Below are positions 48,310 to 57,703 of a stretch of 64,000 nucleotides of DNA, piece by piece; position 1 is the stretch's first letter, and each line of letters opens with the position of its first letter. The DNA lies in NCBI GenBank assembly GCA_040772545.1, contig JAXGXY010000007.1, forward strand, positions 1,365 through 65,364, in the 5' to 3' direction. The notes beneath the pieces are model-generated. The model worked only from the letters and a program-made list of their open reading frames with translations. It did no database searches and was not told the origin of the DNA. The translations under genes and the position numbers were made by a program. The DNA is from Christensenellales bacterium. GTDB taxonomy: Bacteria > Bacillota > Clostridia > Christensenellales > UBA1431.

Positions 48310-49242
48310 TTACAGGAAGTCCAGGAGCGTGGGCTGTATGATCCTGGCCCCGGCGCTCAGCGACGCCTGGTAGACCGCCTCGGCCATCTTGTAGTTCATA
48401 TAGACCTCCGCCTGGTCGACGTCCTCGATCTGGGACTGGATCTTCGTATAGTTCAGCGTATCGTCTTCGTAGCGCGTCCTGAGCATGTCCAGCCTGACGC
48501 AGCGCGCGCCGGCGTCGGAGATCATCCCGAGCATCTCCGACTGTTTCTCGAGCAGCACGTCCGCGTATGCGGCAAGCTCGTTCCCGGGGGCGTCCGCCTC
48601 AAGCGCGTTATAGAGCCTGTCCAGGATGCCGTAGAGGTTGTCTTCGCCCGTGCCCAGCAGTTCGACGCCCGTGAAGGCCACGTTCATCTTCAGCCCGCCG
48701 GCCGCGATCTCGAACTCCATCTTCTGGCCCTTCTGGGCTTCCAGCGCCGCTGCGTCTCCGTTGACCATGTCGATGCCGTTGTAATACAGCACGCCGCCGC
48801 TGACCTCGAAAGGCTCGTTCACCGTGTTGTATCCCCCGAACACGTATTTGTTGTTCATCCTGGAATTGCTCACGTTCACGAGCTGGTCGCGCATCTGGGC
48901 GATTTTGGCGGCCACCGCCTGCCTGTCGGTAGGGGACATCGTCGATGTCGAAGCCCTGAGCACGTCCTCGTAGCAGGACGTGATGATGCTGTTGATCTCC
49001 ATCATGCTGTTTTCCGCCTGCCTGAGCCACAGGTTGGCCTCGTCGATGTTCCTGGAATACTGCTCGATGTCGTTGATCCTGTCCCGCACCTGCAGCGTGG
49101 TTAAAAGGCCCACGGGGTCGTCCGAGATATTGACGATCCGCCGGTTGGACGAGCTCTGCGCCTGCAGCCTGTCCAGACTGTTCAGGTTGTTGTTCAGGTT
49201 GCTCAAAAACGTGTTCATTATCATGGACGAGGTAATCCGCAT
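48310..49242 (-). CDS. flgL: Hook-associated protein 3
   Basis: MRIT, SDDPV, YVFGG, YQASL...ARIIQPTLLDFL. Confidence 0.95.
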   Translation of the reverse strand: MRITSSMIMNTFLSNLNNNLNSLDRLQAQSSSNRRIVNISDDPVGLLTTLQVRDRINDIEQYSRNIDEANLWLRQAENSMMEINSIITSCYEDVLRASTSTMSPTDRQAVAAKIAQMRDQLVNVSNSRMNNKYVFGGYNTVNEPFEVSGGVLYYNGIDMVNGDAAALEAQKGQKMEFEIAAGGLKMNVAFTGVELLGTGEDNLYGILDRLYNALEADAPGNELAAYADVLLEKQSEMLGMISDAGARCVRLDMLRTRYEDDTLNYTKIQSQIEDVDQAEVYMNYKMAEAVYQASLSAGARIIQPTLLDFL

Positions 49243-49270
49243 CGCGTCTTCCTCCTTCGTTTGGGCCCGT

Positions 49271-50764
49271 TTACCTGCCGACGATGCCCATCCGGTTTAT
49301 CAGCATATCCAGGGCTTCGTCCATCGTGGTTATCACGCGCGCCGCCGCGTTGTAGGCGTGCTGGTACTTGAGCATGTTGGCCACTTCCTCGTCGATGGAG
49401 ACGCCGGAAATGGAGATGCGGCTGGCTTCCTTGTTGCTGAGCATGACCTTTTGCATATCGGACATGTTCTTGCTGTAGCTCACCCTGATCGCGAGCGTGG
49501 AGACGATCGTGGTCATGTAGCCCTGGAAATTGTTTATCCCGCTGAGCGAACTGGAATTTATCACGGCGAGTATCGCGTGCGCGTTGAGGTTGTTGCCTTC
49601 CTGATGGTTCGCGGCGGTAATCTCTACGTCGGACGCGGCGATGTTGTTGGGCGTCAACAGGATGGCGTCGTCGAGCTTGAAGTTGCCGGCCGTCACCGGC
49701 ACCGCGCCGCCGAAATCGTCGAAGAAGTTCACCCCGGTGATGGACGCACCGCCGTTTTCGTCGCAGGGCAGCGTCCAGCCCTGGCTGTGTACCGCGTTGA
49801 TCTCGTCCACCAGCGCGTTCACTAGCGTGTTGAGGCTGTCCACCAGGTACGGTATGCCGTATTCGTCCTGGATGTTCCCGTCCCGGAGCTGGAGCGTGCC
49901 CTTGAGCGAGCCGCTCGTAATCGTCACCGCGGCCGAGTCGCTCTCCCATATCACCTCGTTTAGCTCGTTGAGCCCGGTAAGCGGGTTGTAGCCCGTCTGC
50001 GCGGTAGCGAGCGCGCCCACCGTCGTGTGGCTCACCAGGTCGCGTCCGCCAAGCTGCACGTACAGCTGCCCCGACGGCGTATGGTAATAGGTGATGTCCA
50101 CGATGCCCGAAAGTTGGTCCAGCAGGAGGTTGCGCTGGTCGCGCAGGTCGTTGGCCGTTTCCCCCGTGATCTCGTATTCCTCGATGGTCTTGTTCAGGTG
50201 GGCGATGCTCTCGGCGATCTCGTTGACCTTCCCTGTCAGCGTATCCACGGACAGGTCATAGACGGTCTGCTGGTCGCTGAGCTTGCCGTGATAGTAGTTG
50301 AGCGTCGACGTGAGCTGCATGGCCTTGCTCTGCACCTCTGCGCGCACCTCGTAGTCGGTGGGGTTGTTGGCGAGGTCCTGGAAGCTGTTGAAGAATTCGG
50401 ACAGCGTCTTGCTGATGCTCATGCTTGAGAGTTCGTCGAACATCGTCTCGATGTCCGTAAGGCCTGCGGTGAGCTTGTCGAGATAGCCCGCGTCCGCGTT
50501 TTCCTTCCTGAACTGCCTGTCCAGGAACTCGTCGCGGATCTGGTTGACGGCGTCGACGCTCACGCCCCCGCCCACCGACGCGCATTCGCTCAGGGCGAAC
50601 TGCGTAAAGCCCACCGCCGGGACTTTGGACGTGGTAAGCAGGCGCTGGCGCGTGTAGCCGACCGTGTCGGCGTTGGATATGTTGTGGCCGGTGACGTTGA
50701 GCGCGTACTGGCTGGCCACAAGGCCGGTCCTGGCCACTTCGAATCCGTAAAACGTGGAACTCAT
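49271..50764 (-). CDS. flgK: Hook-associated protein 1
   Basis: TGHNISNADT.GYTRQR, ANDLRDQR..LLD.LS, SGVSIDEE. Confidence 0.96.
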   Translation of the reverse strand: MSSTFYGFEVARTGLVASQYALNVTGHNISNADTVGYTRQRLLTTSKVPAVGFTQFALSECASVGGGVSVDAVNQIRDEFLDRQFRKENADAGYLDKLTAGLTDIETMFDELSSMSISKTLSEFFNSFQDLANNPTDYEVRAEVQSKAMQLTSTLNYYHGKLSDQQTVYDLSVDTLTGKVNEIAESIAHLNKTIEEYEITGETANDLRDQRNLLLDQLSGIVDITYYHTPSGQLYVQLGGRDLVSHTTVGALATAQTGYNPLTGLNELNEVIWESDSAAVTITSGSLKGTLQLRDGNIQDEYGIPYLVDSLNTLVNALVDEINAVHSQGWTLPCDENGGASITGVNFFDDFGGAVPVTAGNFKLDDAILLTPNNIAASDVEITAANHQEGNNLNAHAILAVINSSSLSGINNFQGYMTTIVSTLAIRVSYSKNMSDMQKVMLSNKEASRISISGVSIDEEVANMLKYQHAYNAAARVITTMDEALDMLINRMGIVGR

Positions 50765-50773
50765 GCGAACACC

Positions 50774-51271
50774 TCACGCCGAATAATCGTAAACGCCCTT
50801 TTTCTTCACCGGTTCTCCTTCCACGGCGCCCCGCTCCGTATACGTCGAAGCGGGGGACTGCGTCAGCGAGCAGATCATGACGCCGATCTGGCTGAGCTGG
50901 AGACCGATGAGTTTTTCGTTGATCCTGTTGAGCTGCATCTGCGCCGCGATCACGGCCTTGAGCTGATCTCTCAGCGTTTCGAGTGGCGCCCTCTCCTTCA
51001 CGCCCAGCCGGTCGCAGATCGTTTCGAGGTTCGCGTCCTCTTTTGCGATCCCCATGACCTGCGCGAGGCCGCGCACACAGCCCATGCGCTCGGCTTCCAA
51101 CCGGCCCAGTTCCTCAACCTGCGCCGTCTCACAGCGGGTCAGGTTCTCGAGCACCCTGATGTCGCCCCGGATAACGGCCTTTTGTTTCGTTTTCGAATTG
51201 TCCACCGCCGCCTGCAGCAGCTCATGCTGCCTGCGCAGTATGCGGACGAGCTCCGCCGTTTCTTCCTGCAT
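50774..51271 (-). CDS. flgN: Export chaperone FlgN
   Basis: Helical protein between flgM and flgK; N..N..LI, C-terminal TY...G...YDYSA; GGAGG RBS. Confidence 0.85.
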   Translation of the reverse strand: MQEETAELVRILRRQHELLQAAVDNSKTKQKAVIRGDIRVLENLTRCETAQVEELGRLEAERMGCVRGLAQVMGIAKEDANLETICDRLGVKERAPLETLRDQLKAVIAAQMQLNRINEKLIGLQLSQIGVMICSLTQSPASTYTERGAVEGEPVKKKGVYDYSA

Positions 51272-51291
51272 GTTCCACCCTCCGTTATTCA

Positions 51292-51591
51292 CTACATGCC
51301 GAGGTCGGCAAGCATCGTTTCGAGCATCTTGTCCGCTATATCGCGGCCGGATACGCTGAAGGTCCCCGTCCGCACCTGGCGCGTGATCTCTTCGATCTCC
51401 CTGAGTTCGTCCGCGGTCCGCGAAACATCGACGCCGCGCGCCGTTTTCATCACGGATGCAAACGCGACGGCGTTGTCCGAAAGCTCGACCTTGTCCCTTG
51501 CGGGCGTGCTCTTGCCCCGGTCCTCTCTGATGCGGGCGCCGGACATGAATTTTTTTATCATCATCTGTTGGTTTACCGAATCGATCTTCAT
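51292..51591 (-). CDS. flgM: Anti-sigma-28 factor
   Basis: MKID, DKVELS, I..QV..GTF.VS..DIADKML; GGAGG RBS. Confidence 0.88.
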   Translation of the reverse strand: MKIDSVNQQMMIKKFMSGARIREDRGKSTPARDKVELSDNAVAFASVMKTARGVDVSRTADELREIEEITRQVRTGTFSVSGRDIADKMLETMLADLGM

Positions 51592-51620
51592 CGAAAACAC
51601 CTCCGCGCATCCGTCCGCTC

Positions 51621-52103
51621 TTAATCGTCGTCGTACAGGCGTATGTTCCTGAAAGGCTTCGCCGCCGAATCGGTGCCCGTTTCCCTCTCGCGGTGCGAAG
51701 ATTCCTGCTCGCGGTGCGAAGATTCCCGCTCGCGGTGCGAGGATTCCCGCGGTTCGCGCCTTTTCTCCCCGGCGGGAGCGTTTGCCCGGGCGAACCCTTC
51801 CATCATCTTTTTGCAGCCGCCGCAGAATTTTCCCTCTTCGATCGCCCTGCCGCAGACCCCGCAGCGCATGGTATAATGCGTATACTCCTGCAGGCGTTCG
51901 TCCCTGAGGAGCTGGAGCACGATCTTTTCCTCGAGGCCCGTGGCCTTCGTGATGTCGGTCGCGTTCGCCTTGGGGTGGCTGTCCAGGTACGCGCGGACCG
52001 TCACGAACGCGTCGTCCATTTTCTGCACGCATTCCGGGCAGAAACTATCGCTGATCCCCTGGTAGAGCCTGCGGCACCACCGGCAGGTACGGATTTTCTC
52101 CAT
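51621..52103 (-). CDS. YvyF-like flagellar operon zinc-finger protein
   Basis: CxxC...CPEC, V..YL..HP.A, CxxCG..I..G.FC..C; upstream of flgM. Confidence 0.8.
   Translation of the reverse strand: MEKIRTCRWCRRLYQGISDSFCPECVQKMDDAFVTVRAYLDSHPKANATDITKATGLEEKIVLQLLRDERLQEYTHYTMRCGVCGRAIEEGKFCGGCKKMMEGFARANAPAGEKRREPRESSHRERESSHREQESSHRERETGTDSAAKPFRNIRLYDDD
51687..51749 (-). repeat. 21-nt coding tandem repeat x3 (RESSHRE)
   Basis: ctcgcggtgcgaRgattccYg units. Confidence 0.9.
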
Positions 52104-52129
52104 CGTGTTTCCCTCCGGCCCAAGCAGCG

Positions 52130-52897
52130 TTACCTGCGCAGGTTGTTCGCGACCGACTCCATTTCATCCGCCGTGGTAATCGCCCGGCTGATGAGGGAGT
52201 AGGCCCTCTGCGCGCGCATCAGCTTCGTTATCTCGTCGACCAGGTCCACGTTCGAGCTTTCCGCGCACCCCTGTCTCACCCTGGCGTCCCCGGCCTCCTT
52301 CGCCGGGCCGGACGCCTCCGAGGGCGCATAGCAATTGCCGCCCGTCTTAAAAAGGCCCTGCGGATTGTCGAACGCCGCGATCCCGAGGGCCGCAAACGGC
52401 GTCCCCGCCGCGTCGGACAGGACGCCGGCTTCGCTGCAGGTGACGCCTTCGACGTCGCCGGGCAACCCGATGCGCCCTCCCGAATCGTCGAGCACGTAGT
52501 AGCCCTGCTGCGTCACCAGGTACGCGCCGCCGTCCTCGACGGAAACCGAGAACAGGCCGCAACGCGTGTAAAGCGTCTCGCCCTGCGCGCCGGACACCGT
52601 GAAGAACCCTTCGCCTTCCAGCGCGAAATCCAGCGCACGCCCGGTCATACGGACCGTCCCCTGGCAAAAATCCGTCATCGTGTCCGAAACGAGCACGCCG
52701 TGACCGAGCCCGAGGTTCTTCGTGCCGTCCTGCGGCTGCAGCGGGCTGCGCATCGTCTGGTACACCGCGTCCTTGAAACACACGCGCGACGACTTGAACC
52801 CGTCGGTGTCGATGTTCGCGACGTTGTTGGCGATGGCGTCGATCCTCAGCTGCTGGTTCTTCGCGCCCGTCGCGGCCGTATGCAGAGACTGTATCAT
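52130..52897 (-). CDS. flgG: Basal-body rod protein (FlgG/FlhP type)
   Basis: IANNVANIDT.GFK, DFALEGEGFF, ESSNVDL..E...MRAQRAY. Confidence 0.85.
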   Translation of the reverse strand: MIQSLHTAATGAKNQQLRIDAIANNVANIDTDGFKSSRVCFKDAVYQTMRSPLQPQDGTKNLGLGHGVLVSDTMTDFCQGTVRMTGRALDFALEGEGFFTVSGAQGETLYTRCGLFSVSVEDGGAYLVTQQGYYVLDDSGGRIGLPGDVEGVTCSEAGVLSDAAGTPFAALGIAAFDNPQGLFKTGGNCYAPSEASGPAKEAGDARVRQGCAESSNVDLVDEITKLMRAQRAYSLISRAITTADEMESVANNLRR

Positions 52898-52918
52898 TTC
52901 TAACGCTCCAAATCCGTA

Positions 52919-53674
52919 TTAAAGCCGGCCGATGTCGTTTACGGCGCGCCCGAACGTTTCGTCCGTGATCTGGATGATCCTCTGGTTGGTCTCGTAGGCG
53001 CGCTGCACCTCGATCATCCGCACGACCTCGTCCACCACGTCCACGTTCGAGTTTTCCAGATATTCCTGGCGCACCTTATACCCCTCGGCCCGCAGTTCCT
53101 GCTGGTTCGCGTAGTTTACGAACAGGCTGTCGCCGGCTTTGCGCAGCCCGCCTTCGTCGGCGAAGGCCGCCATGCGCAGCGTATCGATCCGCCTCCCGCC
53201 GGCTCCCACAGCGCCGGTTTCGTCCACGGAAAAATCGGCGGTCCCCACGCGTACGGGCCCGTTTTCCCCGAGCACGGCGTGGCCGTCGGCCGTGACGAGG
53301 TACCCGTTTGCGTCCACTTTAAAGTTGCCCGCGCGCGTGTACATAACCCCCGCGGGCGTACGCACGGTGAAAAACGCGTCGCCCTCTATCGCGAGATCGG
53401 TGGAAAGCCCGGTCTCTTCGACAGGCCCCTCGGAAAGCGAGGTGTGGATCTCGTCGATGTGCACGCCCGTGTTGAGCGGACCGACTTGTTTGGAAACGTT
53501 GACTATCCCCGGATCGTTGATCCTCTCGATCATCATGTCCGCGAAGGACCGCGTGAGCAGTTCGTCGGATTTGTACCCCGAAGTCTCCGCGTTCGCGATG
53601 TTGTTGGTCAGTACGTTCATACGGCTCGCCTGCGTGAGCATGCCCGTCCCCGAGATGTAGAGCCCCCTAAGCAC
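52919..53674 (-). CDS. flgF: Basal-body rod protein (FlgF/FlhO type)
   Basis: GLY...GM, NNIANAET.GYK, YTRAGNF, LENSNV...E...MIEVQRAYE. Confidence 0.8.
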   Translation of the reverse strand: MLRGLYISGTGMLTQASRMNVLTNNIANAETSGYKSDELLTRSFADMMIERINDPGIVNVSKQVGPLNTGVHIDEIHTSLSEGPVEETGLSTDLAIEGDAFFTVRTPAGVMYTRAGNFKVDANGYLVTADGHAVLGENGPVRVGTADFSVDETGAVGAGGRRIDTLRMAAFADEGGLRKAGDSLFVNYANQQELRAEGYKVRQEYLENSNVDVVDEVVRMIEVQRAYETNQRIIQITDETFGRAVNDIGRL

Positions 53675-53719
53675 CGCACCGCCTCCTTTAATTTGGGCGC
53701 ATGTTGCCGCCTGTTTTCT

Positions 53720-53747
53720 TTATCGGTTATTCTCCCCAAAATCTTCA
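53720..53747 (-). promoter_or_regulatory. Probable sigma-D promoter for the flgF...csrA block
   Basis: Minus strand TGAA-N16-ACCGATAA. Confidence 0.6.
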
Positions 53748-53844
53748 CGCAAAAGGCCAGCCGTGCCGGGCAAAAATGAAGCGAAACGTTCATGTTGCGC
53801 AAACGCCCCGTCGGCGAAACGTAAAAAACCCGCCCCGTCATTTC

Positions 53845-54165
53845 TTAGATCCGGATGTCGAATTTCGAATCGCTCTCGTACCGGCGCCGTGCCGCGTCGG
53901 ACGGGGTTTTCGCTTTCCTGCGCTGCTTTTTCTTTGGATCGGCTGCCTGCTGCCTCGCGCCCCGCTCCCGGCTTTCCTTGATCCTGACGTCCCCGTCGGG
54001 GCCGGTCACGCCCACGGTCTGTTGGAGTTCGCGCTGGGCGCGCGCTTTCATTTCCTTGGTAAACGCATCCTGGGACACGTCCGTCCGGTGCAGTTGATGG
54101 CTGCTGTCCTTGGCGAAATCGGCTGTCCGCTGGATCATTCCCTGCGTCTCGATAATGTTTGTCAC
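53845..54165 (-). CDS. Hypothetical flagellar-cluster protein
   Basis: GGAGG RBS; charged protein ending KFDIRI; follows fliA. Confidence 0.7.
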   Translation of the reverse strand: MTNIIETQGMIQRTADFAKDSSHQLHRTDVSQDAFTKEMKARAQRELQQTVGVTGPDGDVRIKESRERGARQQAADPKKKQRRKAKTPSDAARRRYESDSKFDIRI

Positions 54166-54209
54166 GGCGTTCGCCTCCTATCGGCGCGGCTCCTGTCCGG
54201 CCGCCGTGG

Positions 54210-55028
54210 TCAGCCGAACAGGGTGTCTTTGAGTTTGTCCTTGAGCTTGAGGAGCGTGCGCGAATGGATCTGCGACACCCACGACTCGGACACCTGCAGG
54301 ATCCTGGCTATCTCCTTGAACGTGAGTTCCTTGTAATAGTAAAGCGCGATGACGGTCTTCTCGTTGTAGGGGAGGGCGTCGATGATCGTGCCCAGCGCGT
54401 CGCGTATCTCGATCCTTTCCACCTGCGCGGCCGTGGAAAGGTCCTCGCGGTTGGCGAGCCTGCGCTCATGGGACCCGGCGAGCAGCACGTCCTCGAAATG
54501 CACGATGTTGAACATGTGCGACCGGTCGATGAGCTTTCTCAGTTCGGCGACGCTCATGTCCATGTAGTCGGCGATTTCTGTCTCGGTTGGCTCGCGCCCC
54601 AGCATGCCCTCCAGTTCGCTCGACGCCTTGCCGAGCGCGTTGATCTTGCGGCGAAGGCTCGAGGGCGCCCAGTCCTGTTTGCGCATGCTGTCCAGGATCT
54701 CGCCGCGCACGCGGCGCACGGCGTAGGTTTCGAACTTGACATTGCGCTTCACGTCGTATTTTTCTATAGCGTCCATCAGCCCGATCACGCCGCAGCTGAA
54801 CAGGTCGTCGTAATCGTTGTGGTTGCCGTAGGTCGGCATCATGCGCGCGACAATGCTCTTGACCAAATACAGATAATGGGTGAGCAGGACGTTTTTGTCC
54901 TCCGGGGTTCGCGTCTTGTTATACTCCGACCAGGCCTTTTCGACGGCGGCCTCGTCGGTTTTCGCGCGCCCCGTGATGGCGGGGACGTTTTGATGCTCGA
55001 ATCGTTTTGCGGTATTCGGCGCAATCAT
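54210..55028 (-). CDS. fliA: Sigma-28 (SigD/FliA)
   Basis: G.IGLMDAIEKYD, KFETYA..RVRGEILD..R..DW.P, ELTFKEI..IL.VSES.VSQIH. Confidence 0.95.
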   Translation of the reverse strand: MIAPNTAKRFEHQNVPAITGRAKTDEAAVEKAWSEYNKTRTPEDKNVLLTHYLYLVKSIVARMMPTYGNHNDYDDLFSCGVIGLMDAIEKYDVKRNVKFETYAVRRVRGEILDSMRKQDWAPSSLRRKINALGKASSELEGMLGREPTETEIADYMDMSVAELRKLIDRSHMFNIVHFEDVLLAGSHERRLANREDLSTAAQVERIEIRDALGTIIDALPYNEKTVIALYYYKELTFKEIARILQVSESWVSQIHSRTLLKLKDKLKDTLFG

Positions 55029-55672
55029 TGTAATCTCCTTCTTTTCATCTCCTGGGCGCGCATGAACCGGGCCAGCCTGCGCAGTTCGGCCGGCGCGCAC
55101 TGCGTGAATTGGATGCCCAGCGCGTACATTTCATTGGCGGTGTTGAGCTTCGAATGATGCACTACCTCGCCGGCAGCCTCTACGGTGCCTTTCCCCTCAA
55201 GGTCGACAAAGCAGGTGAGCTTCGTGCCTCTTTCATAGAGCCGGGGCGACTTAATACAGACGCCGCCGAGGCTGATGTTTAACGTCCGCGTTTTAAACTC
55301 CCCGCCGTCGCCGTCGAGTATCCGGATCCTCACGCTGCAGGAAACGGGCAAACGGTAGTTTTCCCGCCGCTGCAGCTTCGTCAGCCGTGAACAGGGTTTG
55401 ACGTGGTACATCCTAACAGTGTCGGTCCATATGCCCTGGGTCACCACCGCCTTATAGGAGAATATCCCGTTGGCCTCCCAGAACCCGACCTCGATCTGCG
55501 CGCCGTCCTCGATGAACACGGGCGCGCCGCGGCTGACAGGCATGGCCAGCAGGACGGCGTTTTCCTCCCGCACGTCCCGGACGCTGGTGATGAACACGAT
55601 CCCGTCCCTGACGATGAAAACACGTTTTCCCACATAAAGATACTTGCTCAGATCCATTGGTTTATCCTGCAT
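55025..55672 (-). CDS. Flagellar brake protein (YcgR/DgrA-like PilZ)
   Basis: QRRENYR and NISLGG c-di-GMP motifs intact. Confidence 0.9.
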   Translation of the reverse strand: MQDKPMDLSKYLYVGKRVFIVRDGIVFITSVRDVREENAVLLAMPVSRGAPVFIEDGAQIEVGFWEANGIFSYKAVVTQGIWTDTVRMYHVKPCSRLTKLQRRENYRLPVSCSVRIRILDGDGGEFKTRTLNISLGGVCIKSPRLYERGTKLTCFVDLEGKGTVEAAGEVVHHSKLNTANEMYALGIQFTQCAPAELRRLARFMRAQEMKRRRLQ

Positions 55673-56534
55673 TTTCCGTTTGCCTCCCGAAAAGCCTGTT
55701 GAGAAAATGCGAAAGCCCCTGTCCCCTCCCCCCGGCGATGGGTACGTCCAGGTACTTCGAGGCGATCGATTGGATGTTCTGCGCCGCCGGGCTGTCCGGG
55801 TATCCGACGAGCAGCGGCACCTGCGACTTCACCGCCAGCGCCACGCTCGGGTCCCTGAGGATGAACCCCGTCTTGTTCAGATCGAGTTGCATGTTCTTCT
55901 TCACGACGCGGACAAACCCGTTGAGCATCTCGTTGCCTTCCTTGTTCGAAGTGACGAGGTTCACGATGAGGCGCAGCTTCGGGCTGTCCTCGAACCGGTT
56001 CACCGTCTTAATCAGCGCATATGCGTCCATGATCGCGGTCGGTTCGGGGGTCGTGATGACGATGGCTTCATCGCTGGAGCGGACCACCCTGAGCACGACG
56101 TCGGACAGGCCTGCGCCGGTGTCCAGCAGGATGATGTCGGCGATGTCCTCCAGCCGGCACATCTGCGAGACGAGGCGGGCGACCCTGGCTTCGTCGAGCG
56201 AGATCAGTTCGTACACCCCCGACCCGCCCGAGATGAACTTCACGCCGTGGTGGCCTTCGCTGATCACGTCCCGGATGTCCCGTTCCCCGCCGATGACGCT
56301 GGAGAGGTCGTGGACCACCGAAACGCCCAGCATCACGTCGATGTTGGCCAGCCCGAAGTCGGCGTCGATAATGAGGATCCTCTTGCCCAGCCGGCTCAGC
56401 GCGATGGCGAAGTTTACGGCAAAACTGGTCTTGCCCACGCCGCCTTTCCCGCTGGACACCGAGATCACATGCGTTTTGGGGAGCGACCTTTGTTCGATCA
56501 CCCGCTCCTTTAATTTGCTAACCTGCTCAAGCAT
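55662..56534 (-). CDS. flhG: MinD-like ATPase FlhG
   Basis: SGKGGVGKT, DADFGLANID, DTGAG, TPEPTAI.DAY. Confidence 0.93.
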   Translation of the reverse strand: MLEQVSKLKERVIEQRSLPKTHVISVSSGKGGVGKTSFAVNFAIALSRLGKRILIIDADFGLANIDVMLGVSVVHDLSSVIGGERDIRDVISEGHHGVKFISGGSGVYELISLDEARVARLVSQMCRLEDIADIILLDTGAGLSDVVLRVVRSSDEAIVITTPEPTAIMDAYALIKTVNRFEDSPKLRLIVNLVTSNKEGNEMLNGFVRVVKKNMQLDLNKTGFILRDPSVALAVKSQVPLLVGYPDSPAAQNIQSIASKYLDVPIAGGRGQGLSHFLNRLFGRQTENAG

Positions 56535-57703
56535 GCGCTCTCCTCCCTGAACGTCCTTCGCAGAATCTCGTCAATGTCCGCGATCTGGATGTCGTCTGGG
56601 ACGTTCTGCCCGGTCGCGACGTAGGACAGCGGACGCCCGGACAGCCATTTCGCGTTGAGGATCGTGGCGGTCGAGTCCGTCTCGTCCGTCTTGGTGACCA
56701 GCAGCTTGTAGTCGCGAAGACAGTTGTAGTTTTTGATGATCTCCCTGCAGGCCCTCGAGCTGGTCGGCGCCGCGATCACCAGGTACACCTCGCCGGCCCC
56801 GCTAAGGCGGACAAGCTTCTCGATGTCGGACTGGTGCTGGAGGTCGCCCGGTTTCTTGCCGGCCGTGTCGATGAAAACGATGTCCTTGTCCTCGTGCTCG
56901 TTGAGCGCCTGCACGATCTCCTCGGGCGCATACACCGCGCTCAGCGGCGTCCCTATGATGTCCGCGTACGCCTTGAGTTGCTCGTGCGCCGCGAGGCGGT
57001 AGGTGTCGGTGTTGATGAGGCCGACCCTCAGTTTTTCCTCCAGCGTGTAATGCGCCGCGAGCTTGATGAGCGACGTGGTCTTGCCCACTCCCGTCGGCCC
57101 GAAAAGGATGGCCACCGTCCGTTCGAACCGCCGCACCCTGATCGGCTCCGGCTTCCCGAGCAGGTCGGCCAACACCTGTCTCACCGCCTCGTCGATGCCC
57201 ATGCCCCGCGCCTTTGCCGCCCGCTTCGCCTTCCGGCTCACGCTCAGCGCCATGTCTTCGATAAGGTCCATGCCCGATAGCTTCCCGGCCAGCGCGTCCA
57301 CGTCCGCGTCGCCGGGCTCGGCCTGCAGGGCCGCCACAGGGCGGGCAGGCGCTATCGCCGGGGCGGGCGTCGCGGGGGCCTCGGGAGGGCGCTTGATCAT
57401 CGCCTGCATGTCGCTGATCTTCCCGTTGAGTTCCCTTATTTTCTGCTCCCGTCCGCTTTCCGCCTGCTGCGCGGGTTTTTCGGGCGCGCGCCACGCTTCG
57501 TCGGGAAGCCTGACCACAACGGGCTCCCTTCTTTGCGGTTCGTAGGCGACCACCACTTCCACCATCGGCGGGGAGAATAACCGGCGGAGCCCTTTTTTGC
57601 GGATCGGTTTGTTGTGCAGGATGACGGCGTCGGGACCGAGTTCCTCGCGTATCCTGCGCGTCGCTTCCATCATGTCTTTTGCTATGTACCGTTTGATATT
57701 CAT
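56510..57703 (-). CDS. flhF: SRP-type GTPase FlhF
   Basis: GPTGVGKTT..KLAA, DTYR.AA.EQL, DTAG, TK.DE, GQNVPDD. Confidence 0.95.
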   Translation of the reverse strand: MNIKRYIAKDMMEATRRIREELGPDAVILHNKPIRKKGLRRLFSPPMVEVVVAYEPQRREPVVVRLPDEAWRAPEKPAQQAESGREQKIRELNGKISDMQAMIKRPPEAPATPAPAIAPARPVAALQAEPGDADVDALAGKLSGMDLIEDMALSVSRKAKRAAKARGMGIDEAVRQVLADLLGKPEPIRVRRFERTVAILFGPTGVGKTTSLIKLAAHYTLEEKLRVGLINTDTYRLAAHEQLKAYADIIGTPLSAVYAPEEIVQALNEHEDKDIVFIDTAGKKPGDLQHQSDIEKLVRLSGAGEVYLVIAAPTSSRACREIIKNYNCLRDYKLLVTKTDETDSTATILNAKWLSGRPLSYVATGQNVPDDIQIADIDEILRRTFREESACLSRLAN

